From NCBI GenBank assembly GCA_038063975.1, contig JBBTTY010000010.1, positions 1 to 40,116 on the forward strand: DNA of 40,116 nucleotides, read 5' to 3'. The notes under the pieces are model-generated. The model searched no databases and was not told where the DNA came from. It saw only the letters and a list, made by a program, of their open reading frames with translations. This document shows positions 26,460-35,034 of this stretch, piece by piece. Source of the stretch: Patescibacteria group bacterium (lineage in GTDB: Bacteria; Patescibacteriota; Minisyncoccia; Phycocordibacterales; UBA6065). Within the stretch, counting starts at the first letter, position 1; each line of letters starts with the position of its first letter. Made by a program: the position numbers and the translations under genes.

Positions 26460-28277
26460 ATGAACACAATGGTAGTTCCCACAGCTACTAGTCAGAATGA
26501 TGAAATGAATATCGGGAAGATTGCGGAGCGTGTCAGAGAGCTCCTTCCCTCGGGATGCCAGAGGATTCTCCTCATCAACATTCCCCAAGTCGGCGAAACA
26601 GATTTCGATATCCCAACCGCTCGTGCTGGGCGATATCCTTGTTTTCCTCCATATGGTCCAGGTCTCCTATCCCATGATTTACGAATCGCGGGCTATGAGA
26701 CCAAGCTCATTGACCTCAATTATGAAATCTTGAGCAAAGTCAAAGAAGAAACCTTCGATTACCATTGCTGGCAGTCTGCGCTCCAATCGATCTTATGGTC
26801 ATTTGAACCAGATCTGGTTTGTGTGAGCTGTATGTTTTCGGCAACGCATGGTTCCATGAAAGCTGTTATCGATCACACACGGGAATGTTCTCCTCCAGTG
26901 GTGATTATGGCTGGAGGGGTCCATGTTACAGGCAACATTCGTCAGGTTTTGGAGGCGTTGCCTAACGTCGATTTGGTCATCGCATATGAAGCCGACGACG
27001 CGTTAGTTGCGTTCGTTGACTTCGTGAATGGTAAGAAAACCGAAAAGGATCTCGCCCAAATCAGCTTGTTTTACAAGGGCGAATTTCTTCAGTTGGAACG
27101 GCGTGCCGTTCCAAACGGTTCAGAGCTCAATTATTCACCTGATTATGATGATCTTCCCATAGGTAATTACGGAAAGGTCGGTGAAATTGGTGTCTATCGT
27201 TGGTTGCGAGGCAGTCCACCTGCCGCTACAATCATTCGAACTCGTGGTTGTCGAGCTCATTGTACGTTCTGTAGTGTTGCGACTTTCAATGGCAGAGGCA
27301 CTCGAAGTCGTGATGTAGTCAAAGTAGTTGATGAAATGGAACGTATGGTCAGACGTTACGGCATTGAGCATTTCATGTGGCTTGATGATGATCTGTTTCG
27401 TCGAGATGCTGCAGAGCTCTTTAGTGAAGTTGCTGATAGGAAACTCGGTATCACATGGGATGCATCTAACGGGGTCATTGCGTCTGCGACGAATCGTGAA
27501 ATTGTCGATGCCGCAGCGAAATCTGGTTGTATTGGGCTCTCATTTGGTATCGAGTCAGGCGATCCGGAAATTCTGGCATCGGTCAAGAAGCCTTCCGGTG
27601 TGAAGCACTTCAGGGCACTTCCAGGTATTCTAAGCAATCATCCAGAAATCTTCAGCAAGGGATTTCTCATGCTTGGGTTTCCTGGCGAGACTGTGGCAAA
27701 GATTTGGAATACCATCAATCTGGCTCGAGAAATTGCGCTAGATTGGTATCCACTCCATGTTCTATCTCCATTCGGGGGAACTGACATGGCAAAAACAATG
27801 ATTGCGTTGGGGTTGACGGATGAGCACACGGTCCTACACTCAAGGTTGGCTGTCGGTCCGGCAGGAGCACAGCGTTTCAAGGAAAGAACTGAAATTACCT
27901 CAAGTACTTTCAATCAAGATGTGATCAATCTGAGAAACCCAGATCGTATTCCTGATCGAAAAGAGTTGTCCGATGTATGGTTTATGATGGAGTGGATGGT
28001 GAATTATGAGAGAATTCTCGGCGAGACTGATCGTCTCAAGCTCGGAATGAAAAGACTTCATCTGCGACACATCATCGCACGATTGCCAAGGCACGTCGCT
28101 TTGGCCGGGCTTTTCCTTGGTATAGTGAACCAGAAGCTCGGAAATGCGGAGGAAGCGCAGATAAACTTCAATGAAACCGATGGGTACCTTGAAGAGTCGG
28201 CTTTCTGGCGAGTCCGTTTCGACGCCCTGGGTCTCAATAATCTTCTTTCCGAGTGGCGGAGGAAAGTTGTTGCATAG
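26460..28277 (+). CDS. B12-binding-domain radical SAM enzyme (class B radical SAM, methyltransferase-like)
   Basis: The N-terminal Rossmann-like B12-binding region reads ILLINIPQ...FPPYGPGLLSHDL...LIDLN...VCVSCMF. The radical SAM motif is RGCRAHCTFCSV (CxxxCxxC; Cys codons at 27249, 27261 and 27270). GIESGD is present. The C-terminal ~170 aa are unassigned. Confidence 0.9.
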   Translation: MNTMVVPTATSQNDEMNIGKIAERVRELLPSGCQRILLINIPQVGETDFDIPTARAGRYPCFPPYGPGLLSHDLRIAGYETKLIDLNYEILSKVKEETFDYHCWQSALQSILWSFEPDLVCVSCMFSATHGSMKAVIDHTRECSPPVVIMAGGVHVTGNIRQVLEALPNVDLVIAYEADDALVAFVDFVNGKKTEKDLAQISLFYKGEFLQLERRAVPNGSELNYSPDYDDLPIGNYGKVGEIGVYRWLRGSPPAATIIRTRGCRAHCTFCSVATFNGRGTRSRDVVKVVDEMERMVRRYGIEHFMWLDDDLFRRDAAELFSEVADRKLGITWDASNGVIASATNREIVDAAAKSGCIGLSFGIESGDPEILASVKKPSGVKHFRALPGILSNHPEIFSKGFLMLGFPGETVAKIWNTINLAREIALDWYPLHVLSPFGGTDMAKTMIALGLTDEHTVLHSRLAVGPAGAQRFKERTEITSSTFNQDVINLRNPDRIPDRKELSDVWFMMEWMVNYERILGETDRLKLGMKRLHLRHIIARLPRHVALAGLFLGIVNQKLGNAEEAQINFNETDGYLEESAFWRVRFDALGLNNLLSEWRRKVVA

Positions 28278-28303
28278 AGTTATTTCTGCCACACGTTTTC
28301 AAG

Positions 28304-28338
28304 GGCGATACTTCTCACGAAGTGTCGCCTTTTTCTTT
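28304..28338 (+). terminator. Rho-independent terminator after the radical SAM gene
   Basis: GGCGATACTTC (tcac) GAAGTGTCGCC forms an 11-bp stem with one G.U pair and a 4-nt loop, followed by TTTTTCTTT. It lies 27 nt after the stop codon. Confidence 0.7.
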
Positions 28339-28364
28339 GCAATATATATGTTATAGTTTCTGCC

Positions 28365-30542
28365 ATGACACTCAATGCATTTCTTAAATGGACAGCTATT
28401 ACAGGGGTTTTTGCGGTGCTTTTTGTGCCGTTTTTGGTTGCTGATTCTATGTTCTTTCCTTTTATATCAGGCAAGAATTTCATGTTCAGGATTTTGGTGG
28501 AGGTCGCTTTTGCAGCGTGGCTTCTCCTCTCTCTGCGTGATACATCTGTACGTCCTCGCAAATCAATCCTACTCTGGGCGTTTGTTGCTTTCGTGGCGAT
28601 CATCGGTCTGGCCGATATTTTCGGTCAGAGTCCATGGAAGAGTTTTTGGTCAAACTTTGAGCGTATGGAGGGTTATATAAGTACGCTTCATCTCTTTGCA
28701 TATTTTCTGGTCGCTTCGAGTATGCTTTCTACGGAAAAATTGGGAAAACGATTTTTGGAATGGTCTCTATGGTCGAGCCTCCTCATGTCTCTCTATGGTT
28801 TGCTTCAGCTCTCTGGCAAGGTGATCATAAATCAAGGTGGTGTGCGTCTCGACGGCAAATTTGGCAATGCTACATATCTGGCTATTTATCTGATTTTCAA
28901 CATTTTCTTTGCTCTCATTCTCATATACAGAGACAAGAAATTATGGAAATCTATTGTTTACGGTTTCATCGCTTTACTTCATTTTATCATCCTATATTAC
29001 ACAGCTACACGTGGAGCTATACTGGGTATTATCGGTGGTATTTTACTATCCTCGCTCATAATTGCTATTTTTGACAAGAATGACAAAAAAATGCGCATTA
29101 TTGCTGGTTCGGTTGCGGGTGCGATTTTTCTAGTGGTGCTTGGTTTCATAATGATTAAAGACACATCATTTGTGCAAGACAGTCCTGTACTTTCTCGACT
29201 TGCCGCTATATCGATTGACGATACCAAAACACAGGCTCGCGCCTATATCTGGCCGATGGCAATTAAAGGTTTCTTAGAGCATCCGATTCTCGGCCGTGGT
29301 CAGGAAAATTTCAATTATGTTTTCAATGCTAATTATGATTCGCGGATGTATGCCCAAGAACAGTGGTTCGATCATACCCATAATCTTTTCCTCGATTGGC
29401 TCATTGCAGGCGGTATACTGGGTCTCCTAGCATACCTCTCACTCTATGTTTCAGCAGTTTATTTGCTTTGGAAAAAAGCTTCTGATGTTTCATTTGTTGA
29501 GAAAACACTCTTTACCGGTCTCGGGGCGGCATATTTTTTCCACAATCTCTTTGTGTTTGACAATATAATGAGTTCCATTCTCTTTGTTTCAGTTCTGGCC
29601 TTTATTCATTTCAAAGGAACGCGATTAGAAAAAGCGATTGGAGGAAAAAAAGAAGAACTGGATGACTTTGACACGCGTATGGCCGGCCCGATTATTTTTA
29701 TACTTCTGATTTTTGTTATCTATTTCTTTAATTGGCGTGGCATTGCTACAGGCAAATCACTCATTACTGCTCTGCAAGCTCTGAATACGACGCCTGTAGC
29801 GGCCCAAATAGCACTCGGCGGTTTTGAAAAGACTTTATCTTATAACACATTAGGTCGTCCTGAAGTAGTCGAGCGGATTATCGAGGTTATACCACGTTTC
29901 GGTGATCAGAGTATTCCGATCGCCACACGACAAAAGTTTTACGAAATTGGAAAAGAAGCGGTAGAAAAGCAATTGTCGCGCTTTCCAGGCGATGCACGTT
30001 ATGAATTATTTGCTGGAAATTTCTATAGTATGTATACCAAGGTGGAAGAAGCCGAAGAGCATTATCTCAAAGCAGTGGAACTTTCTCCGAGAAAGCAATC
30101 CATTCTTTTTCAATTTGGTAATTTCTATGTGACATATAAACAGTATGAAAAAGCAGTGGCTATATATAAAAAAGCCTATGAGCTAGACAAATCTTACGAA
30201 ATCGCTGGACAACTCTATATCACAGCTCTCATATATGCCGGTAAAGAAACAGATGCGAGGCAGTTTATGAAAGAGATGTTTGGCACAGCCGATGTGACAA
30301 ATGATTTATTTCTACAGGCTTATGCAAATCTCGGTTCGTGGCCGAATGTTATAGCTATTTTGCGGGAGAGAGTGGCGAAAAATCCGGAAAATAGAGAAAA
30401 TCGTATGAATCTCGTTTCTGCCTATTATCAATCGGGGAACAAAGTGGCGGCCATAGTAGCTCTGCGAGACTACATTGCTTATGATTCATCCTTTCAGGCG
30501 CAGGGAGAAGATTATATAAAACAAATAGAAGCTGAGAAATAG
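28365..30542 (+). CDS. Polytopic O-antigen ligase/polymerase-family (Wzy_C) membrane protein fused to C-terminal TPR repeats
   Basis: About 12 hydrophobic segments are present. The Wzy_C signature region is YYTATRGAILGIIGGILLS and the periplasmic-loop motif is HTHNLFLDWLIAGGILGL. The C-terminal ~230 aa carry TPR-like repeats (EEAEEHYLKAVELSP, YEKAVAIYKKAYELD). Confidence 0.8.
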   Translation: MTLNAFLKWTAITGVFAVLFVPFLVADSMFFPFISGKNFMFRILVEVAFAAWLLLSLRDTSVRPRKSILLWAFVAFVAIIGLADIFGQSPWKSFWSNFERMEGYISTLHLFAYFLVASSMLSTEKLGKRFLEWSLWSSLLMSLYGLLQLSGKVIINQGGVRLDGKFGNATYLAIYLIFNIFFALILIYRDKKLWKSIVYGFIALLHFIILYYTATRGAILGIIGGILLSSLIIAIFDKNDKKMRIIAGSVAGAIFLVVLGFIMIKDTSFVQDSPVLSRLAAISIDDTKTQARAYIWPMAIKGFLEHPILGRGQENFNYVFNANYDSRMYAQEQWFDHTHNLFLDWLIAGGILGLLAYLSLYVSAVYLLWKKASDVSFVEKTLFTGLGAAYFFHNLFVFDNIMSSILFVSVLAFIHFKGTRLEKAIGGKKEELDDFDTRMAGPIIFILLIFVIYFFNWRGIATGKSLITALQALNTTPVAAQIALGGFEKTLSYNTLGRPEVVERIIEVIPRFGDQSIPIATRQKFYEIGKEAVEKQLSRFPGDARYELFAGNFYSMYTKVEEAEEHYLKAVELSPRKQSILFQFGNFYVTYKQYEKAVAIYKKAYELDKSYEIAGQLYITALIYAGKETDARQFMKEMFGTADVTNDLFLQAYANLGSWPNVIAILRERVAKNPENRENRMNLVSAYYQSGNKVAAIVALRDYIAYDSSFQAQGEDYIKQIEAEK

Positions 30543-30559
30543 ATTCCCATGCAGAGCAC

Positions 30560-30668
30560 GGCTACCGAAACAGTATTCATGGAGCACGGAAGTTTTCTTG
30601 CTAGAAAACTTCCTCGGTTTCGGTGCCGTCGCACCTCAAGCGTCTCCATTCTTACTGTTTCGGTAGCC
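30560..30668. repeat. Palindromic element copy A (intergenic, between the Wzy_C-TPR gene and murB)
   Basis: The outer arms GGCTACCGAAACAGTA (30560-30575) and TACTGTTTCGGTAGCC (30653-30668) are perfect reverse complements. ATGGAG/CTCCAT closes a 71-nt core (30579-30649). The core contains an 11-bp hairpin, GGAAGTTTTCT tgct AGAAAACTTCC. Confidence 0.85.
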
Positions 30669-30695
30669 TAATACAGAACATGATATTCTAATGGT

Positions 30696-31832
30696 ATGAA
30701 GTTTTTGGAGAATATTTCTCTGGCGGAATATACGACATTTAGAATTGGCGGGAAGGCTAGATATTTTTGCGTTGTGAAGAGTGAGGAAGACCTGCGAGAA
30801 GCTCTGGATTTTGCCAAAGGAAATGAGACTGGACACGCTAGTATACCTTTTTTTGTTTTAGGTAGCGGGTCAAATATTTTGGTTTCAGATGAAGGTTTTC
30901 CAGGTTTGGTTATAAAAATGGAAATGATGGGAGTGTCATTTGAAAAGAAAGATGACGGTGTGTTTGTAACAGTATCTGCAGGGCAAGATTGGGATAAATT
31001 GGTGATAAAAACTGTCGGAGAGAGTTTGTGGGGACTTGAAAATCTGTCTGGAATACCTGGGACGGTGGGCGCCGCACCGGTGCAAAATATAGGCGCTTAC
31101 GGCGCCGAAGCGAAAGATGTGATTATCTCGGTGTGTGCCGTTGATACCACGACCAGTGCGGCGCGCATTTTCACAAACACTGAATGTCAATTTTCATACC
31201 GCGAAAGTTTTTTTAAAACCACCGAAGGAAAAAAGTACGTTATAACGAACGTTACATTCAAACTTTCACAAAATCCAAAGCCAAATCTTTCTTATAGAGA
31301 TTTGAAAGAATATTTTGAAAGAAGAGGGCGAGAGAAGAGAGAATTGATGGAGCACGGAAGTTTTCTTGCTAGAAAACTTCCTCGACTTCGTCGCCGTCGC
31401 TCCTCAGGCGTCTCCATCAATTCTCTCTTCTCTCGCCCCCTATCTCTCTCTGAAATCCGCAAGGCTGTCATAGAAATCAGAAAAAGAAAATTCCCAGAGC
31501 TTTCGAAAGTAGGTACCGCAGGCTCATTTTGGAAAAATCCTATCATTTCTCCAGAGCATTTTGCAGAACTGAAAGCCAAGTACCCAAACATCCCTTCTTT
31601 TTCTTTTGACAATCAGGTAAAAGTCCCTTTAGCATGGATTCTCGACAATGTTTGCAAACTCAAAGGCTATACAAAAGGTCCCACAGGTCTCTGGAAAAAT
31701 CAGCCTTTGGTCGTTATAGCAGAAAAAGGTGCTTTTTCAAGCGATATTAAATCATTTGCTATCAAAGTTGCAAACATAGTCAAAGAAAAAACTGATATAG
31801 ACATAGAAAAAGAAGTTCAATATATAGGCTAA
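30696..31832 (+). CDS. murB: UDP-N-acetylenolpyruvoylglucosamine reductase (MurB) carrying a 38-aa in-frame insertion
   Basis: Motifs: LAEYTTFRIGGKARYF, FFVLGSGSNILVSDEGFPGLVI, GLENLSGIPGTVGAAPVQNIGAYGAE, YRES, GSFWKNP. The segment GREKRELMEHGSFLARKLPRLRRRRSSGVSINSLFSRP is encoded by the palindromic element at 31326-31439. Confidence 0.9.
   Translation: MKFLENISLAEYTTFRIGGKARYFCVVKSEEDLREALDFAKGNETGHASIPFFVLGSGSNILVSDEGFPGLVIKMEMMGVSFEKKDDGVFVTVSAGQDWDKLVIKTVGESLWGLENLSGIPGTVGAAPVQNIGAYGAEAKDVIISVCAVDTTTSAARIFTNTECQFSYRESFFKTTEGKKYVITNVTFKLSQNPKPNLSYRDLKEYFERRGREKRELMEHGSFLARKLPRLRRRRSSGVSINSLFSRPLSLSEIRKAVIEIRKRKFPELSKVGTAGSFWKNPIISPEHFAELKAKYPNIPSFSFDNQVKVPLAWILDNVCKLKGYTKGPTGLWKNQPLVVIAEKGAFSSDIKSFAIKVANIVKEKTDIDIEKEVQYIG
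31326..31438. repeat. Palindromic element copy B (inside the murB reading frame)
   Basis: A perfect 27-bp inverted repeat joins 31326-31352 (GGGCGAGAGAAGAGAGAATTGATGGAG) and 31412-31438. The 71-nt core at 31347-31417 is 65/71 identical to 30579-30649 and contains the same 11-bp inner hairpin. Confidence 0.85.
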
Positions 31833-31845
31833 TACACGATGATGT

Positions 31846-31868
31846 AGCTGTGTTCAGCTTGTTTTTTG
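31846..31868 (+). terminator. Weak candidate terminator after murB
   Basis: AGCTG tgtt CAGCT forms only a 5-bp stem, followed by TGTTTTTTG. Confidence 0.3.
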
Positions 31869-31877
31869 TGCTATATT
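31869..31877 (+). promoter_or_regulatory. Candidate extended -10 (TGcTATATT) for secA
   Basis: The box ends 10 nt before the ATG at 31888. No Shine-Dalgarno-like purine run lies in between. Confidence 0.3.
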
Positions 31878-31887
31878 GGCTCTCTGT

Positions 31888-34431
31888 ATGGCTTTTTTAT
31901 CAAAACTATTCGGCGACCAGAACACGAGGGATATCAAGCCTTTTTTGGCTATAGTGCCAAAAATTAACGCTTTAGAATCAGCTATTTCAACTCTTTCGGA
32001 CGCAGATTTGAAGGCCAAGACCACTGAATTTAAAAAGAGACTTTTTAGAAAGAATGGTGAAAATAATGAATCTGGCAAGCAGAATGGCGGCACGAAATCC
32101 GCCGGCGAAACCCTCGATAACATTTTACCCGAAGCTTTTGCCGTCGTGCGTGAGGCAGCCAGGAGAACTCTTGGCCAAAGACATTTTGACGTTCAACTTG
32201 TCGGTGGAGCGATTCTTCATTCTTCGGGTATTGCCGAAATGAGAACTGGTGAAGGAAAAACCCTGGTTGCTACTCTGCCCGCATATCTCAACGCTCTCTC
32301 TGGTCATGGTGTTCATATCATCACCGTAAATGATTATCTCTCCCGTCGAGATGCGGCGTGGATGGGGCAAATTTATGATTTTCTCGGCCTTTCTGTTGGC
32401 GTTATAAATCATGAAATTTCTTTTCTCTATGATCCAAAGCATAAAGAAGCGGACAGAGAACGTGACGAACTAGGATCATTTAAAGTCGTCCACGAATTTT
32501 TGCGACCTGTTTCGAGAAAGGAAGCATATATTGCCGACATTACATACGGCACAAACCAGGAATTTGGTTTTGATTACCTACGTGACAATTTGGAGTATTC
32601 TTCGGAAAATCTCCGCCAGAGAGAATGGAATTATGCCATTGTAGACGAAGTGGATTCTATTCTCATAGACGAGGCGCGCACGCCTCTCATCATTTCTTCA
32701 GCCACATCTGAATCCGAGGATCTCTACAAAATGTTTACAAAAATTGCTGCCAATCTGGTGCCAGAAGAGGATTTTAAAATAGACGAAAAGAGAAAAGCTA
32801 TTCAACTGACAGATTCTGGTATTACAAAAACAGAAAAAACTCTCGGCGTAGACAATATATATACCGACAGAGGTGTGAAATATGTTCATCATCTTGAAAC
32901 AGCCGTGCGCGCCAGAGCGCTTTTTCATAATGATAAAGAATACGTAGTTCGAAATAATGAAATCATCATCGTCGATGAATTCACCGGTCGTCTCCAACCA
33001 GGTAGACGTTGGTCAGAGGGTCTGCATCAAGCAATAGAAGCCAAAGAAAATGTAGCCATCCAAAAAGAATCTAGAACTTTTGCGTCTATCACATACCAAA
33101 ACTTTTTCCGGCTCTACAAAAAACTCGCTGGCATGACAGGCACAGCGCTCACATCCCGTGAAGAATTTTTCAAAGTCTATCATCTCAACACAATCGCCAT
33201 TCCCACAAACAAACCTATTACCCGTTTTGATAAAAATGATCTCATTTTTCAGACAGAAAAAGGCAAGTTCAAAGCTGTGGCCAGAAAAATAAAAGAAATA
33301 AATGTTAAAGGTCAACCTGTGCTCATAGGCACGGTATCCATAGAAAAAAATGAATTGCTCTCCGAGTATTTGAAAAAGGAAGGTATAAAGCACGAGATTT
33401 TAAACGCTAAAAATCATGAGAGGGAAGGCGAGATCATTGCCCAAGCTGGTCGTTTCGCCGCTGTGACAATCGCTACAAACATGGCTGGTCGAGGTGTCGA
33501 CATAAAACTGGGCGGTAATCCTGTAGCAGAGAATGAGATGGAAAAAGTTAGAAATGCTGGCGGACTCTTTGTTCTCGGCACCGAAAGACATGAAGCACGT
33601 CGTATAGACAACCAGCTCCGTGGCCGCTCGGGCAGACAGGGTGATCCAGGCGAAACGCAATTTTTTGTTTCTCTCGAAGACAATCTCATGCGTGTATTCG
33701 CCACCGATATGGTGAAAAAGATGATGGGCAGGTTCGGTATTGCAGAGGACGAGCCGATTGAAAACGGCATGATTACCCGCAGTCTCGAAACTGCCCAGAC
33801 ACGTATAGAAGGTTTCAACTTTGATGCCCGCAAGCACGTTCTCGAATACGACGACGTCATGAATCTCCATAGAAAGACTGTTTATGAACGTCGCAGGAAA
33901 ATGCTTGTTGGTAAAGACGAAGAAGTATTAGCTGAACTCATGAATATTGTCGACCAAAATGATCAGAATATTATGAATTTGATCAAATCCAAAGACGAAA
34001 CATTCGGTAAGGTCGGTTTTGCGGGTGCCTTACGGCGTCTTTTTCTACAAGCTATAGATATGTTCTGGGTGGAGCATCTCGAAGCGATGGATTACTTGCG
34101 TTCGTCTGTAAACCTACGTGCATACGGTCAGAGAGACCCTCTAGTCGAATATAAAAGGGAGGGACTAGAGCTTTTCAAATCAATGCAAATCGCAATCAAC
34201 ACTCAAGTCATAAATACTTTGCCGAATCTCCTCGGCGGAGGCGGGGAAATAAAGCATTTCAACACCATAGAACAAGACGCTAGAGGTATTCTCGGTAGTG
34301 AAAATGTTATCCACGGTGATAAAAGAGGCAGAAATGATAAAATAATTGTCACGAAAGAAGCACAGGAAAAAGAGATAAAAGTAAAGAAATTAGCAGACTA
34401 CCTGAAAAATGGTTGGATAGAGAAAAAATAA
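31888..34431 (+). CDS. secA: Preprotein translocase ATPase SecA
   Basis: The N-terminus MAFLSKLFGDQNTRDIK is typical of SecA; the ORF track starts at a TTG at 31876. Motifs: MRTGEGKTLVATLPAYLNAL, IVDEVDSILIDEARTPLIIS, TGMTGTA, ATNMAGRGVDIKLGG, RIDNQLRGRSGRQGDPG. There is no C-terminal Cys-rich zinc motif. Confidence 0.95.
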   Translation: MAFLSKLFGDQNTRDIKPFLAIVPKINALESAISTLSDADLKAKTTEFKKRLFRKNGENNESGKQNGGTKSAGETLDNILPEAFAVVREAARRTLGQRHFDVQLVGGAILHSSGIAEMRTGEGKTLVATLPAYLNALSGHGVHIITVNDYLSRRDAAWMGQIYDFLGLSVGVINHEISFLYDPKHKEADRERDELGSFKVVHEFLRPVSRKEAYIADITYGTNQEFGFDYLRDNLEYSSENLRQREWNYAIVDEVDSILIDEARTPLIISSATSESEDLYKMFTKIAANLVPEEDFKIDEKRKAIQLTDSGITKTEKTLGVDNIYTDRGVKYVHHLETAVRARALFHNDKEYVVRNNEIIIVDEFTGRLQPGRRWSEGLHQAIEAKENVAIQKESRTFASITYQNFFRLYKKLAGMTGTALTSREEFFKVYHLNTIAIPTNKPITRFDKNDLIFQTEKGKFKAVARKIKEINVKGQPVLIGTVSIEKNELLSEYLKKEGIKHEILNAKNHEREGEIIAQAGRFAAVTIATNMAGRGVDIKLGGNPVAENEMEKVRNAGGLFVLGTERHEARRIDNQLRGRSGRQGDPGETQFFVSLEDNLMRVFATDMVKKMMGRFGIAEDEPIENGMITRSLETAQTRIEGFNFDARKHVLEYDDVMNLHRKTVYERRRKMLVGKDEEVLAELMNIVDQNDQNIMNLIKSKDETFGKVGFAGALRRLFLQAIDMFWVEHLEAMDYLRSSVNLRAYGQRDPLVEYKREGLELFKSMQIAINTQVINTLPNLLGGGGEIKHFNTIEQDARGILGSENVIHGDKRGRNDKIIVTKEAQEKEIKVKKLADYLKNGWIEKK

Positions 34432-34450
34432 AAAGTAGATAATAAAAAAT

Positions 34451-35017
34451 ATGCTTGAAGTCATTATCGCGGAGTATGGTCTAGTAGCTGTATTTTTAGG
34501 AACTTTTCTCGAGGGCGAGATTGTCGTTATAGCCGGAGGTCTGCTCGCCCGTCTCGAATTTCTCTCGCTCACTTGGGTTTTGATAACAGCGTTTGTTGCC
34601 ACATTTGCCGGTGATCAGTTTTTCTTTTATTTGGGTAGGAAAAAAGGTGCGACATTTCTGGAAAAACGTCACCGTCGTCATTGGCGAGCACGCGTGGAAA
34701 AAATTCATAATCTCATTCACAATCATCAAAACAAAATTCTCTTCGGCTATCGTTTTCTCTACGGTCTACGCATACCGACCCTCTTTGCCATAGGCGCGAG
34801 CGAGCTTCCGACCAAAAAATTTGTTTTACTTAATCTCATAAATTCAGCTGGCTGGTCGGTTATTTTCGTCCTCGGCGGTTATTTTTTCGGCGAATTTTTT
34901 GCTCTGCTTGTGGACAACATTAAAAATTATGAAAAAGAAGTATTCATCGGTATTGCCATCATTGCTCTCATCGTCTGGTTGTGGTCTATAGTGAGAAATA
35001 GGGAAGAATACAACTAA
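34451..35017 (+). CDS. dedA: DedA-family (SNARE-associated/VTT domain) membrane protein
   Basis: Motifs: FLGTFLEGEIVVIAGGLLA, FAGDQFFFYLGRKKG, FGYRFLYGLR. Four to five hydrophobic segments are present. Confidence 0.85.
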   Translation: MLEVIIAEYGLVAVFLGTFLEGEIVVIAGGLLARLEFLSLTWVLITAFVATFAGDQFFFYLGRKKGATFLEKRHRRHWRARVEKIHNLIHNHQNKILFGYRFLYGLRIPTLFAIGASELPTKKFVLLNLINSAGWSVIFVLGGYFFGEFFALLVDNIKNYEKEVFIGIAIIALIVWLWSIVRNREEYN

Positions 35018-35034
35018 ATTATTTTTCTGATACA

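Noticed and set aside
31292-31612. An antisense 106-aa ORF across the murB insertion encodes a peptide very similar to the sense insertion (RGREKRELME...SINSLFSRP).
   Set aside because: The similarity is a direct consequence of the DNA palindrome. The rest of the ORF is antisense to conserved murB sequence.
32040-32110. SecA has an extra Gly/Asn/Lys-rich stretch near its N-terminus (RKNGENNESGKQNGGTKSAG) and lacks the C-terminal zinc-binding motif.
   Set aside because: These are variable, lineage-specific regions of SecA. The DNA has no repeat or palindrome resembling the murB element, so this is probably ordinary sequence divergence.
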